Below, one piece after another: positions 7,905-16,285 of a stretch of 32,000 bases of DNA. Every line of letters begins with the position of its first letter. Position 1 is the stretch's first letter. The stretch comes from Pseudoalteromonas translucida KMM 520 (GTDB taxonomy: Bacteria > Pseudomonadota > Gammaproteobacteria > Enterobacterales > Alteromonadaceae). A program made the position numbers and the translations under genes. Under the pieces are notes generated by a model. That model did not search any database, was not told the origin of the DNA, and saw only the letters and a list, made by a program, of their open reading frames with translations. The stretch lies in assembly GCF_001465295.1 (NCBI RefSeq), contig NZ_CP011035.1, positions 690,001-722,000 of the forward strand. The letters run 5' to 3'.

Positions 7905-7968
7905 AAACGCCGATTTTTTACTAGTGTTCACCGAAATACTATTATCACTTTTTGTACTGTATCCCTAT
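7905..7968 (+). promoter_or_regulatory. Conserved 64-nt cis element, copy B; predicted operator/promoter of the TonB-dependent receptor gene
   Basis: Sequence is aaacgccgattttttactagtgttcaccgaaatactattatcactttttgtactgtatccctat, 48/64 identical to the reverse complement of 5276..5339. Exact blocks are 13 nt (AAACGCCGATTTT) and 14 nt (TACTATTATCACTT). It points toward the ATG at 8091, 123 nt away. Confidence 0.6.
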
Positions 7969-8090
7969 CCTGAAACGCAGCTTAACAAAATGTTAACTCG
8001 TACAAAGCAAAGCTGTGGAAGTATATAACCTAAGCGTTAATTGCTGGCGAACACTATTTGACAACACTTATAATACTACTGGAGATAACA

Positions 8091-10919
8091 ATGGTTAATA
8101 ATAACAGTGGAAAAATAATAAAAAACGCCTCAGGATTTAAAAAACAGAGAACACACCGCTCTCCTGCATCTTTATTCAAAGCATCATTAATTAGTTGCGC
8201 TGTTTTAGGCGTGCTTTCATCTAATGTATATGCAGAAACGACTGATGAAGAAATTGAAGTAATCCAAGTAAGAGGAATTTACTCGAGTACAGCTAAAAAC
8301 TTATTGCTTAAGCGTACATCAAATTCTGTTGTTGATGCTATTACCGCTGAAGATGTGGGTAAGTTTCCAGATAAAAACATTGCAGATTCTCTTCAACGTG
8401 TATCAGGGGTAATGATTGACCGAAGTGGCGGTGAGGGAAACCGCGTTAGTATTCGTGGTACCTCATCAGACTGGACGTTAACTCAATTAAATGGCAACTA
8501 TATTGCCTCGTCAGATTCTGGCGTTCCATCGCGCAGTTTTAACTATGCTTTATTACCAGCAAATATGATTAGCAGTGTTGAGGTTTATAAAAGCCCCGAA
8601 GCACGAATAGATGAAGGCGGAATTGGTGGCACAGTCATTTTACACACGCGAAAACCGTTAGAAATGGAAGCTAATGAAGGCGTTGTTAGTGCCGAATTTA
8701 CTTATGCGGATGTTACTGAGAAAACAGAACCACAGCTTAACTTACTGTATTCATGGAAAAATCAAGAATCAACATTTGGTATTCTTGCTGGGTTTACACG
8801 ACAAGATAGAACAGTAAAAACGATTTCGAATGATGCGTTACATTGGCGATTACACTCAGATACAGTTGAAGGAGCAGAGCGTCCTGCAATAGTGGATCAG
8901 GCAACCGGGGAGGTTTACAATAATGTCTGGGCGCCTAGAGCTATGGTTGTCAATAATTCGACTCAAGATCGTACTCGTGATGGTTATCAGCTAGCAGTGC
9001 AGTGGACCCCGAGTGCAAATTTAGAGTTAAACCTAAATTATTTTGGGGCTAAAGTAGGCTACGATGAAGCCGGGCAAGGTATTACTTTTGCAGAGTGGAA
9101 CGATAACCATAATCCATATTTTGGTGTGCAATTAGACGGTGATACTGTTATTGGTTACGGCAATGCAGATAATGGCCTGCTCAATGATCAAAACTGGGGA
9201 GATGCCGATGTTAATAATGGTGTTGCTATACGCCGTGGTTTGTTATCGCCGCAATTAACAGGTCGTGAAAAAATTGGTGAATCAAATTCAGATACCTTTG
9301 ATTTTGAAGGGATCTACCATGGCGACACATTTACAGCATCTTTTAAAGTAGGTCGCACCCAAGCCGAGGGTGGTACCTCAAAAGAAACATACGCCAATAT
9401 AGATGCCCGTCAAGGCTCAGTAAATAGCTGGCATTGGTCAACGGTTGGTGGCAAGCCCAGTTACGACATTTCAACAGATCTGGCCTCGGATAAAAAAGCA
9501 TATCAATACTATGATTGGTTTGACTCATTCTCATCTGAAAATAAAGACACTGAAGATTACGTACAAACAGATATTAAGTTCGATGTAGACAGCAGTATAT
9601 TCACCACTATTTTCACAGGTGTTAAATATCGAGATCATCAAATTGAAGGCTTAAGAAATGACTTCCGATGGGATGATGGTATAGCTGATAACGGTGGTTA
9701 TCGTGGCTATTTACCAGGCACAGAATGGTTTCATAACCCTGACTTTCACCCAGATCCTGAGTCACTCGTTAGCGATAACGTGGTTGATAACAGTGCGGGT
9801 AATACAGGAGCATTTGATTTTCTTGCACTAGATTTTGCAGCAATGAATGCCTATCTTCTAAATAACTTCACTCAAACAGTGGTTCCTACTTTAGCGGGTA
9901 CTTATACGTTAGAAGAAAAAATATGGTCGGCTTATGCTCAGTCTAATTTTGAATGGCAAGATTTTAGAGGGAATATAGGTGTAAGATACGTTAAAACAGA
10001 TTTATCAACTCTTACTTACGATGATGTAATTGGTCAAGATGACGATAATATAACACCTAATAATCGCAGCAGTAATAACAGTGAGTTTTTACCTAGCTTT
10101 AACTTAGCATGGGATGCAAGTACTGATATTGTGGTTCGATTTGCTGCTGCACGTACTATGTCTCGAGTAAGTTATGCTGATTTGAGTCAAGCTGAGTCTT
10201 ATGGCCCGCCTGTAAATATTAACTCACCAGACTCATGGACAGGTAGAGGTACGGGGACAGCTGCTAATACTGGTTTAGAGCCTATGATATCAGATCAGTT
10301 TGATCTAGGATTTGAGTGGTATTACGGTGAGGGTTCGGCGCTAGGAGCGACTTTATTTACCAAAGATATTGCTAACTTGCCAATTTCCAGTGTAGAAATT
10401 GTGCAGCGTGAACATGCTTGTTGTAACGGCCCAATTGAGGTGGAAATGAACACCAAAGTTGGTGGCGGTGATGCAAGCTCTGACGGAGTAGAACTTTTCT
10501 TCCAGCACTCATTTGAAAGTGGCTTTGGTGTACTTGGAAACTACACATATACAGAAACCAGCAGTAGTAAAGTATCAACTGACGGCCAAGTAACTGAAGC
10601 TGAAATTCCGGGTACGGCTAAGCATCAATATAATCTTTCAGTTTACTTTGAAAATGATGACTTTAGTGTACGAGCATCTTATAACTGGAAGGACGACAGG
10701 GCTAATGGTATTCATCAAGGCTATAACTTATATACTAAAGCATACGGTCAATTAGATGTTAACGCTGGTTATAATATTAATGAAAGCCTTTCAATCACGG
10801 CCTCTATTGTTAATTTAACTGAAGAGCTTGAAGAAGGCTATTGGAAACAAAGTAACCGCTTTACTTATAATAAATATTCAGGCCGACGCTTTTACTTAGG
10901 TGCAAATTATAAATTTTAA
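8091..10919 (+). CDS. TonB-dependent outer-membrane receptor, carbohydrate/oligosaccharide-type
   Basis: The track ORF begins at TTG 8058. I prefer ATG 8091, which has a GGAGA RBS at 8081-8085. It has a signal peptide ending VYA and a plug domain (VVDAITAEDVGKFPDKNIADSLQRVSGV, NRVSIRG). A long beta-barrel ends ...RRFYLGANYKF. Confidence 0.9.
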   Translation: MVNNNSGKIIKNASGFKKQRTHRSPASLFKASLISCAVLGVLSSNVYAETTDEEIEVIQVRGIYSSTAKNLLLKRTSNSVVDAITAEDVGKFPDKNIADSLQRVSGVMIDRSGGEGNRVSIRGTSSDWTLTQLNGNYIASSDSGVPSRSFNYALLPANMISSVEVYKSPEARIDEGGIGGTVILHTRKPLEMEANEGVVSAEFTYADVTEKTEPQLNLLYSWKNQESTFGILAGFTRQDRTVKTISNDALHWRLHSDTVEGAERPAIVDQATGEVYNNVWAPRAMVVNNSTQDRTRDGYQLAVQWTPSANLELNLNYFGAKVGYDEAGQGITFAEWNDNHNPYFGVQLDGDTVIGYGNADNGLLNDQNWGDADVNNGVAIRRGLLSPQLTGREKIGESNSDTFDFEGIYHGDTFTASFKVGRTQAEGGTSKETYANIDARQGSVNSWHWSTVGGKPSYDISTDLASDKKAYQYYDWFDSFSSENKDTEDYVQTDIKFDVDSSIFTTIFTGVKYRDHQIEGLRNDFRWDDGIADNGGYRGYLPGTEWFHNPDFHPDPESLVSDNVVDNSAGNTGAFDFLALDFAAMNAYLLNNFTQTVVPTLAGTYTLEEKIWSAYAQSNFEWQDFRGNIGVRYVKTDLSTLTYDDVIGQDDDNITPNNRSSNNSEFLPSFNLAWDASTDIVVRFAAARTMSRVSYADLSQAESYGPPVNINSPDSWTGRGTGTAANTGLEPMISDQFDLGFEWYYGEGSALGATLFTKDIANLPISSVEIVQREHACCNGPIEVEMNTKVGGGDASSDGVELFFQHSFESGFGVLGNYTYTETSSSKVSTDGQVTEAEIPGTAKHQYNLSVYFENDDFSVRASYNWKDDRANGIHQGYNLYTKAYGQLDVNAGYNINESLSITASIVNLTEELEEGYWKQSNRFTYNKYSGRRFYLGANYKF

Positions 10920-10946
10920 ATAAGCTATTTTAATACTGAACCAAGA

Positions 10947-10963
10947 AGAGCCTAAGTGGCTCT
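10947..10963 (+). terminator. Weak hairpin directly after the TBDR stop
   Basis: agagcc-taagt-ggctct, a 6-bp stem followed by ctgttcatattc with a poor U-tract. Confidence 0.3.
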
Positions 10964-11075
10964 CTGTTCATATTCAAAATATAATACTAATTTAACCAGA
11001 ATCTAGGCTAATTTAATTAAACATATGGTCATTCTATTTGTAATTAATATAAGCCAATAAATTTTAAACTTAAAA

Positions 11076-11111
11076 ATAAAAAAGCCGTTCACTTTAATGA
11101 ACGGCTTTTTT
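11076..11111. terminator. Bidirectional rho-independent terminator between the TBDR gene and minE
   Basis: An 8-bp GC-rich stem, gccgttca (11084-11091) / tgaacggc (11098-11105). It is flanked by an A-tract upstream and TTTTTT downstream, so it can work on both strands. Confidence 0.85.
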
Positions 11112-11142
11112 GCTAACAGTAATTTAATGCTTAATTACTGCC

Positions 11143-11409
11143 TTATACTTTTGGCTCTTCGTCAGGCAAGGTTACGTTTAGCTCAAGTACGGCTAAGTCA
11201 TCTTCGTTCTGATCAAATTGAACTTGGACTGCGTCACTGCTCACGTTAACGTATTTACGGATCACATCTAAAATATCTTGTTTTAATTGTGGCAAGTAAT
11301 CCGGCGTTCCTCGTTGAGAACGTTCGTGCGCGACTATGATCTGCAATCGCTCTTTTGCTAATGACGCACTGTTTTTCTTTTCTGAGCGGAAGTAGTCAAG
11401 TAAAGACAC
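11143..11409 (-). CDS. minE: Cell division topological specificity factor MinE
   Basis: [29 protein letters not shown]... aligns with E. coli MinE. I place the start at GTG 11409, giving 88 codons. A GGAGG lies 5 nt upstream and overlaps the end of minD. The TTG at 11421 in the track is an over-extension. Confidence 0.93.
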   Translation of the reverse strand: MSLLDYFRSEKKNSASLAKERLQIIVAHERSQRGTPDYLPQLKQDILDVIRKYVNVSSDAVQVQFDQNEDDLAVLELNVTLPDEEPKV

Positions 11410-11410
11410 G

Positions 11411-12220
11411 TTAACCTCCAAATATCCGTTTGAATAAACCTTTTTTCTCTACATCTAAGAAGCGAAAGTCGACAGTCTCACCTAGTAAGCGGCTAATAGC
11501 GTCTGCATAAGCTTGGCCTGCATCAGATTCGCTGTCTAAAATAACAGGTTGGCCAGAGTTAGATGCACTTAATACTGCTTGAGACTCAGGAATAACGCCT
11601 AATAAATCAATCGCTAAAATATCCTGAATATCTTCAACCGATAACATTTCACCTTTCGAAACACGATCTGGGTTGTAGCGAGTAATTAATAGATGTTCTT
11701 TTATATTTTCTAAGCCTTCTTCAGCGCGCTTAGACTTACTGTGTAAAATACCTAAAATACGATCTGAATCTCGCACTGAGGATACTTCAGGATTTGTTGT
11801 TACAATTGCTTCATCGGCAAAGTACATTGCCATCATAGCGCCAGCTTCAATACCCGCTGGTGAATCACAAACAATGTAATCAAAATCTTCTTTTAATTCG
11901 TTAAGTACGCGCTCAACACCTTCACGTGTTAGGGCATCTTTATCACGTGTTTGCGACGCAGGAAGTAAAAATAGTTTATCAACGCGCTTATCTTTAATAA
12001 GTGCTTGGTTTAATTTGGCTTCACCATTAATTACGTTTACAAAGTCATACACTACACGACGTTCACAACCCATGATTAAATCAAGGTTACGTAAACCAAT
12101 ATCGAAATCGATAATAACTGTTTTGTAGCCTTTTAATGCTAAGCCTGTGCCAATTGCGGCACTTGACGTTGTTTTACCAACACCGCCTTTACCCGAGGTA
12201 ACGACAATAATTTTTGCCAT
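11411..12220 (-). CDS. minD: Septum site-determining ATPase MinD
   Basis: [18 protein letters not shown] is the deviant Walker A. The protein is 269 aa and collinear with E. coli MinD, with a C-terminal amphipathic helix [11 protein letters not shown]. Confidence 0.97.
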   Translation of the reverse strand: MAKIIVVTSGKGGVGKTTSSAAIGTGLALKGYKTVIIDFDIGLRNLDLIMGCERRVVYDFVNVINGEAKLNQALIKDKRVDKLFLLPASQTRDKDALTREGVERVLNELKEDFDYIVCDSPAGIEAGAMMAMYFADEAIVTTNPEVSSVRDSDRILGILHSKSKRAEEGLENIKEHLLITRYNPDRVSKGEMLSVEDIQDILAIDLLGVIPESQAVLSASNSGQPVILDSESDAGQAYADAISRLLGETVDFRFLDVEKKGLFKRIFGG

Positions 12221-12225
12221 GAGAT

Positions 12226-12930
12226 TTATCCTTTAACCAAAGCTGAAATTTCTAATGATTCATTTTTTTGTTGTATCTGCACAGCGCTACCCCAGTGTTC
12301 ACCTTGCAGAGAATCACTGATCCAGTAATTGCCATTAATAGAAACAAGTTCTGCTTCTAAGCGATTACAAAATATATGTGCGTTTTTAAACCCTTTTGCG
12401 CCAGCGATTGCTCTGCCACGCAGGGTTCCGTATATATGTACGTTGCCATCAGCAATAACTTCTGCGCCATGACTTACAGCACCTAGTACCACTAAATCGC
12501 GATCTTTTGCATAAACTTGCTGACCAGAGCGTACCGTGCCATTAATTATTTGTGCAGGCAAGTGCACTGTTTTTTCAACAATAGATGTATTGGGTTCTTT
12601 TTTAACAGATTCACTCTTAACGTCTTGTGAATAATTTAATACCGATAGGCCAGCAGCTTTTGCTTGCGTATGTTGCTCGTCTGAGCCATTACATACACCA
12701 ATCGCATTAAAGCTCATGCGCTCAAGTAATGATTTTAAATGGACAAAATCGAGAGAGTTATTTTTTATCTCATTTAAGTTAACAACAATAGGCGCACCTT
12801 CAAAAAACTTGGGTGCTTGGGCTATTTTTATATACAGTTGCTCTGCTAAAAGATTTATATCAGTACTATAAAGATGTAAAACTGATAACGTAAAAAGATT
12901 CCCTTTTAGCTCAAAAATTTGTTCTGACAT
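12226..12930 (-). CDS. minC: Septum site-determining protein MinC
   Basis: FELKGNLFTLSVLHL at the N-terminus and a C-terminal beta-helix region VRSGQQVYAKDRDLVVLGAVSHGAEVIADGNVHIYG match MinC. It sits upstream of minDE. Confidence 0.95.
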   Translation of the reverse strand: MSEQIFELKGNLFTLSVLHLYSTDINLLAEQLYIKIAQAPKFFEGAPIVVNLNEIKNNSLDFVHLKSLLERMSFNAIGVCNGSDEQHTQAKAAGLSVLNYSQDVKSESVKKEPNTSIVEKTVHLPAQIINGTVRSGQQVYAKDRDLVVLGAVSHGAEVIADGNVHIYGTLRGRAIAGAKGFKNAHIFCNRLEAELVSINGNYWISDSLQGEHWGSAVQIQQKNESLEISALVKG

Positions 12931-13084
12931 ACACGCTCAATTGAATTATCTGATCAGAGATTAAATTTAGATAAACGCAGGCTGAATAAGGCCTTTATTG
13001 AAATTTCAATCTAATTTTTCTAACTTATTATTGCTCTCATGTTATAGTGTGAATCATTGTTAAGCAAGAATTTATAGGGCCATA

Positions 13085-13366
13085 ATGCTCACTGCGGTAT
13101 ATAAAAGTAAGAAAAAAGCGGATAGCTTCTTATTTGTTGAAAAAAGAGATGATTTTACTAAAGTTCCGGAACCTTTAATGGCTATGTTTGGTCAACCTAA
13201 ATATGTGATGCTGATAAACCTAGCAAAACGTGAGGTGTTAGGTACAGCTGATTTAGAAACCGTAAAAGAAGCATTGACAGAAAAAGGGTATTATTTACAA
13301 ATACCGCCTCCGCAAGAGAATCTGTTAAGCCAATTGCGAAAAGAAAACGGAGCCGAGAATGATTAA
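13085..13366 (+). CDS. ycgL: YcgL-domain protein
   Basis: VYKSKKKADSFLFVEKRDDFTKVPEPLMAMFGQPKYVM...KGYYLQIPPPQENLL is collinear with E. coli YcgL. It is divergent from minC, as in enterobacteria. Confidence 0.9.
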   Translation: MLTAVYKSKKKADSFLFVEKRDDFTKVPEPLMAMFGQPKYVMLINLAKREVLGTADLETVKEALTEKGYYLQIPPPQENLLSQLRKENGAEND

Positions 13367-14375
13367 AAAATTAGCCATAATTTTATGTGGAGTATGTTTA
13401 AGCACATCTGTAATGGCAAAAACCCAAGCTGAATTTCAAACATATTTAGATGCTTTAAAGCAAGAAGCAATTGCAAAGGGTTACGACAGCCAGCTTATTG
13501 ATCAAGCATTTGCTGGTGCAAGCTATAAAGAAAAAATAGTATCTGCTGATAAAAATCAGCCAGAAGTCAAAGAAACGCTTGAAACCTATTTACCTAAACG
13601 TGTACCGCAATGGAAAATTGATCGTGCCCGTAAATTATACGCCGAAAATCAAGAAGTGCTGGAAAAAGTAGCTAAAGACTTTGGCGTGCAAGCGCGCTTT
13701 ATTGTGGCAATTTGGGGCCTTGAAAGTAACTTTGGTGCTATACAAGGTGGCCATAATGTAATTTCATCGCTCGTTACGCTCGCATTCGATGGTCGCCGCG
13801 AAACCATGTATAAAAAACAGCTTTGGGCTGCGCTTGATATTTTAAAGTCAGGGCACATTACCCTTGATAAGTTTAAAGGCTCTTGGGCAGGTGCTATGGG
13901 GCAAACGCAATTTATGCCAACCTCATTTAACGCTTACGCGGTTGACTATAATAACGATGGTCGCAAAGATATTTGGACGACCAAAGAAGATGCATTCGCC
14001 TCTATTGCTAATTACCTAAAGCAAGAAGGTTGGAACGACTCGCTTACATGGGGTCGCCAGATTAAGTTACCAGAAAATTTTGACAGTAAATACGTGCTAG
14101 TGCGTGGTACTAAAACGCGCAAGCAATGGTTAGAATTTTGGAATGATTCAGAACGTTCATTAGCCGAATGGCAAGCATTAGGTGTGCGCCGTGCAGATGG
14201 TAGTGATCTGCCAAATGTAGATGTGCGAGCAGCGTTGGTAATGCCAGATGATATGAATGGTCGTATGTACTTAGCCTACGATAACTATAAAGTATTTATG
14301 CACTGGAATCGCTCATACTACTTTGCTACCAGTGTAGGTTACTTGTCAGACAGAATTGGCTATCCAAAAATATAA
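13359..14375 (+). CDS. Lytic murein transglycosylase (MltB/Slt35-like, SLT_2 family)
   Basis: It has a signal peptide and the catalytic region IWGLESNFG. GQTQFMPTSF and YNNDGRKDIW (EF-hand-like) are typical of MltB-like enzymes. The ATG overlaps the ycgL stop by 8 nt. Confidence 0.88.
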   Translation: MIKKLAIILCGVCLSTSVMAKTQAEFQTYLDALKQEAIAKGYDSQLIDQAFAGASYKEKIVSADKNQPEVKETLETYLPKRVPQWKIDRARKLYAENQEVLEKVAKDFGVQARFIVAIWGLESNFGAIQGGHNVISSLVTLAFDGRRETMYKKQLWAALDILKSGHITLDKFKGSWAGAMGQTQFMPTSFNAYAVDYNNDGRKDIWTTKEDAFASIANYLKQEGWNDSLTWGRQIKLPENFDSKYVLVRGTKTRKQWLEFWNDSERSLAEWQALGVRRADGSDLPNVDVRAALVMPDDMNGRMYLAYDNYKVFMHWNRSYYFATSVGYLSDRIGYPKI

Positions 14376-14395
14376 TACAGATTAAATAAGTATCT

Positions 14396-14423
14396 AAAAA
14401 AAGCCGCAATTGCGGCTTTTTTT
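14396..14423. terminator. Bidirectional rho-independent terminator
   Basis: The palindrome gccgcaattgcggc (14403-14416) is flanked by AAAAAAA and TTTTTTT. It lies between convergent genes. Confidence 0.85.
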
Positions 14424-14432
14424 AGATTTAAC

Positions 14433-14978
14433 TTACTCTTTCTTAAATATTTTATCTTTTAAATCAATTACCTTACCGATACCAGAGCCTAGCTTCATTA
14501 GCTTATTAAGTTGCTCAGGAGTTAAACGCTGTAGTTCAGACGACCATTTAGTCACTGTTTCAAGCAAGTTATGAATTTCGCCCATTTGTTTTTGTGCGTA
14601 AAGTTCATCTTCGTTGTTTGCTGTGTCTAACAGGTTATCACGCAGTAAGCTTAGAGTAGGCTCTACTTCGCGTTTTTTACGTTCTTCGAACACCCGGTTA
14701 GCCATGTCCCAAATATCACCCGCAGGGGCATAATATTCTTTTCTGTCGCCAGGAATATGTTGTACTTTAATTAGCTGCCACGATTGGAGCTCTTTAATGC
14801 CCATACTAACATTACCGCGTGAAATACTGAGGGATTCTGCAATTTGGTTTGCGGTCATCGGATTTTTAGTAATAATCAATAAGCCACACATTTGTCCAAT
14901 AGTACGATTGAATCCCCAGCGGCTACCCATTTCACCACAGTGCATTACAAAGGAAAAATTTTTGTCGGATAAACTCAT
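14433..14978 (-). CDS. GbsR/MarR-family winged-helix transcriptional regulator
   Basis: 181-aa ORF. The HTH segment is MTANQIAESLSISRGNVSMGIKELQSWQLI. The N-terminal WGFNRTIGQMCGLL is typical of GbsR-like regulators. It is divergent from adhP. Confidence 0.75.
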   Translation of the reverse strand: MSLSDKNFSFVMHCGEMGSRWGFNRTIGQMCGLLIITKNPMTANQIAESLSISRGNVSMGIKELQSWQLIKVQHIPGDRKEYYAPAGDIWDMANRVFEERKKREVEPTLSLLRDNLLDTANNEDELYAQKQMGEIHNLLETVTKWSSELQRLTPEQLNKLMKLGSGIGKVIDLKDKIFKKE

Positions 14979-15066
14979 AACTTCTTAATTTTTAGTAATT
15001 TCAGAAACTAATGCTAGCACGCTTATTGAGTATGGCAAGGGCTTACAGCGAGTTAAGCAATTACTG

Positions 15067-15082
15067 TCAAACTAAAGTTTGA
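15067..15082. promoter_or_regulatory. 16-bp palindrome TCAAACTAAAGTTTGA; candidate operator in the gbsR-like / adhP divergent region
   Basis: Perfect 7-bp arms with a 2-nt centre. It lies 89 nt from the regulator ATG and 122 nt from the adhP ATG. Confidence 0.4.
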
Positions 15083-15203
15083 TTTAGATTAATAATCACT
15101 CAGCTATATTGGTTTAAGTTGTAATGGGTATAAAGCAATGACGTTTATTTTTAATACACATTAATACTTATTTTATAGGTATTACTTAAACGATGGAATG
15201 ATT

Positions 15204-16214
15204 ATGAAAGCTGCAATTAATAATGAATTTAAAGGTAAATTACAGATAATAGATATGCCTATCCCAGAGGTTGGCATAAATGATGTACTAGTAAAAATAG
15301 CGGCCTGTGGGGTATGTCATACCGATTTACATGCATGTCATGGCGATTGGCCTGTTGCACCTAAAATGCCTTTAGTACCGGGCCACGAAGGCGTAGGTGT
15401 AATTGAAAAGGTTGGTAGCAATATTAAACACCTAGAAGTAGGCGATCGCGTTGGTGTACCTTGGCTTTATAGTGCATGCGGGCATTGTGAGTATTGCTTA
15501 GATGGCAGAGAAACCCTGTGTTTGTCACAACATAATACCGGCTACTCTATAGATGGTAGTTACGCCGAATATTGTTTAGCACACGGTGACTACGTAGTAA
15601 AAATACCCGAAGGGCTTGGTTTTTCAGAAGCGGCGCCATTATTTTGCGCTGGAGTAACCACGTATAAAGCACTTAAAGTGTCAGGGGCTAAACCCGGGCA
15701 ATGGGTCGCTATCGTGGGAGTGGGCGGTCTTGGGCACTTAGCTGTACAGTATGCTAAAGCAATGGGGTTTAATGTTATAGCAGTTGATACCGGCAAAGAA
15801 AAACTAGCGCTGGCTAAAGAGCTTGGCGCAGACATTACCCTCGACTTTAAAGAAGTGGTCCCCAGCGAAGCCATTTTTGAACAAGTAGGCGGCGCGCATG
15901 CAGTCGTGTGTACTGCAGTTTCAAAGCCTGGTTTTGAGCAAGCTTATAAAAGTGTACGCCGTGGTGGTAAGTGTGTGTTAGTTGGTTTACCGCCAGAGGA
16001 TATGCCATTACCTATTTTTGACACAGTATTAAATGGTGTGTCAGTTGTGGGCTCTATTGTAGGTACTCGAAAAGATTTACAAGAGTGCTTAGAATTTGCA
16101 GCACAAGGTAAAGTAAAAGCAATTATTGAAGAAAAACGCTTAGAGGATATTAACGAAATTTTTGATGATATGCTTAAAGGCGAAATTAACGGTCGTATAG
16201 TTGTTACTATTTAA
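15204..16214 (+). CDS. adhP: Zinc-dependent alcohol dehydrogenase, AdhP-like
   Basis: MKAAINN..., the catalytic zinc motif [15 protein letters not shown], the structural zinc cluster [15 protein letters not shown] and the NAD site VGVGGLGH are all present. I prefer ATG 15204 over 15198 by alignment with the E. coli AdhP N-terminus MKAAV. Confidence 0.93.
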   Translation: MKAAINNEFKGKLQIIDMPIPEVGINDVLVKIAACGVCHTDLHACHGDWPVAPKMPLVPGHEGVGVIEKVGSNIKHLEVGDRVGVPWLYSACGHCEYCLDGRETLCLSQHNTGYSIDGSYAEYCLAHGDYVVKIPEGLGFSEAAPLFCAGVTTYKALKVSGAKPGQWVAIVGVGGLGHLAVQYAKAMGFNVIAVDTGKEKLALAKELGADITLDFKEVVPSEAIFEQVGGAHAVVCTAVSKPGFEQAYKSVRRGGKCVLVGLPPEDMPLPIFDTVLNGVSVVGSIVGTRKDLQECLEFAAQGKVKAIIEEKRLEDINEIFDDMLKGEINGRIVVTI

Positions 16215-16230
16215 AGGTTAAAAAGGCAAT

Positions 16231-16266
16231 AAAAGGCGTACATATTAAGTATGTACGCCTTTAATT
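16231..16266. terminator. Bidirectional terminator between adhP and the convergent TBDR gene
   Basis: A perfect 10-bp stem, aggcgtacat (16234-16243) / atgtacgcct (16251-16260), with a 7-nt loop and A/T-rich flanks. Confidence 0.75.
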
Positions 16267-16285
16267 ACTTTAGTGACAAACCTAG

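Noticed and set aside
8058-8074. TTGACA (8058-8063) and TATAAT (8069-8074) consensus hexamers lie just before the TBDR gene. The track also calls a TTG ORF start at 8058.
   Set aside because: The hexamers are only 5 nt apart, whereas a sigma70 promoter needs about 17. They cannot form one. The ATG at 8091 with a GGAGA RBS is the better start.
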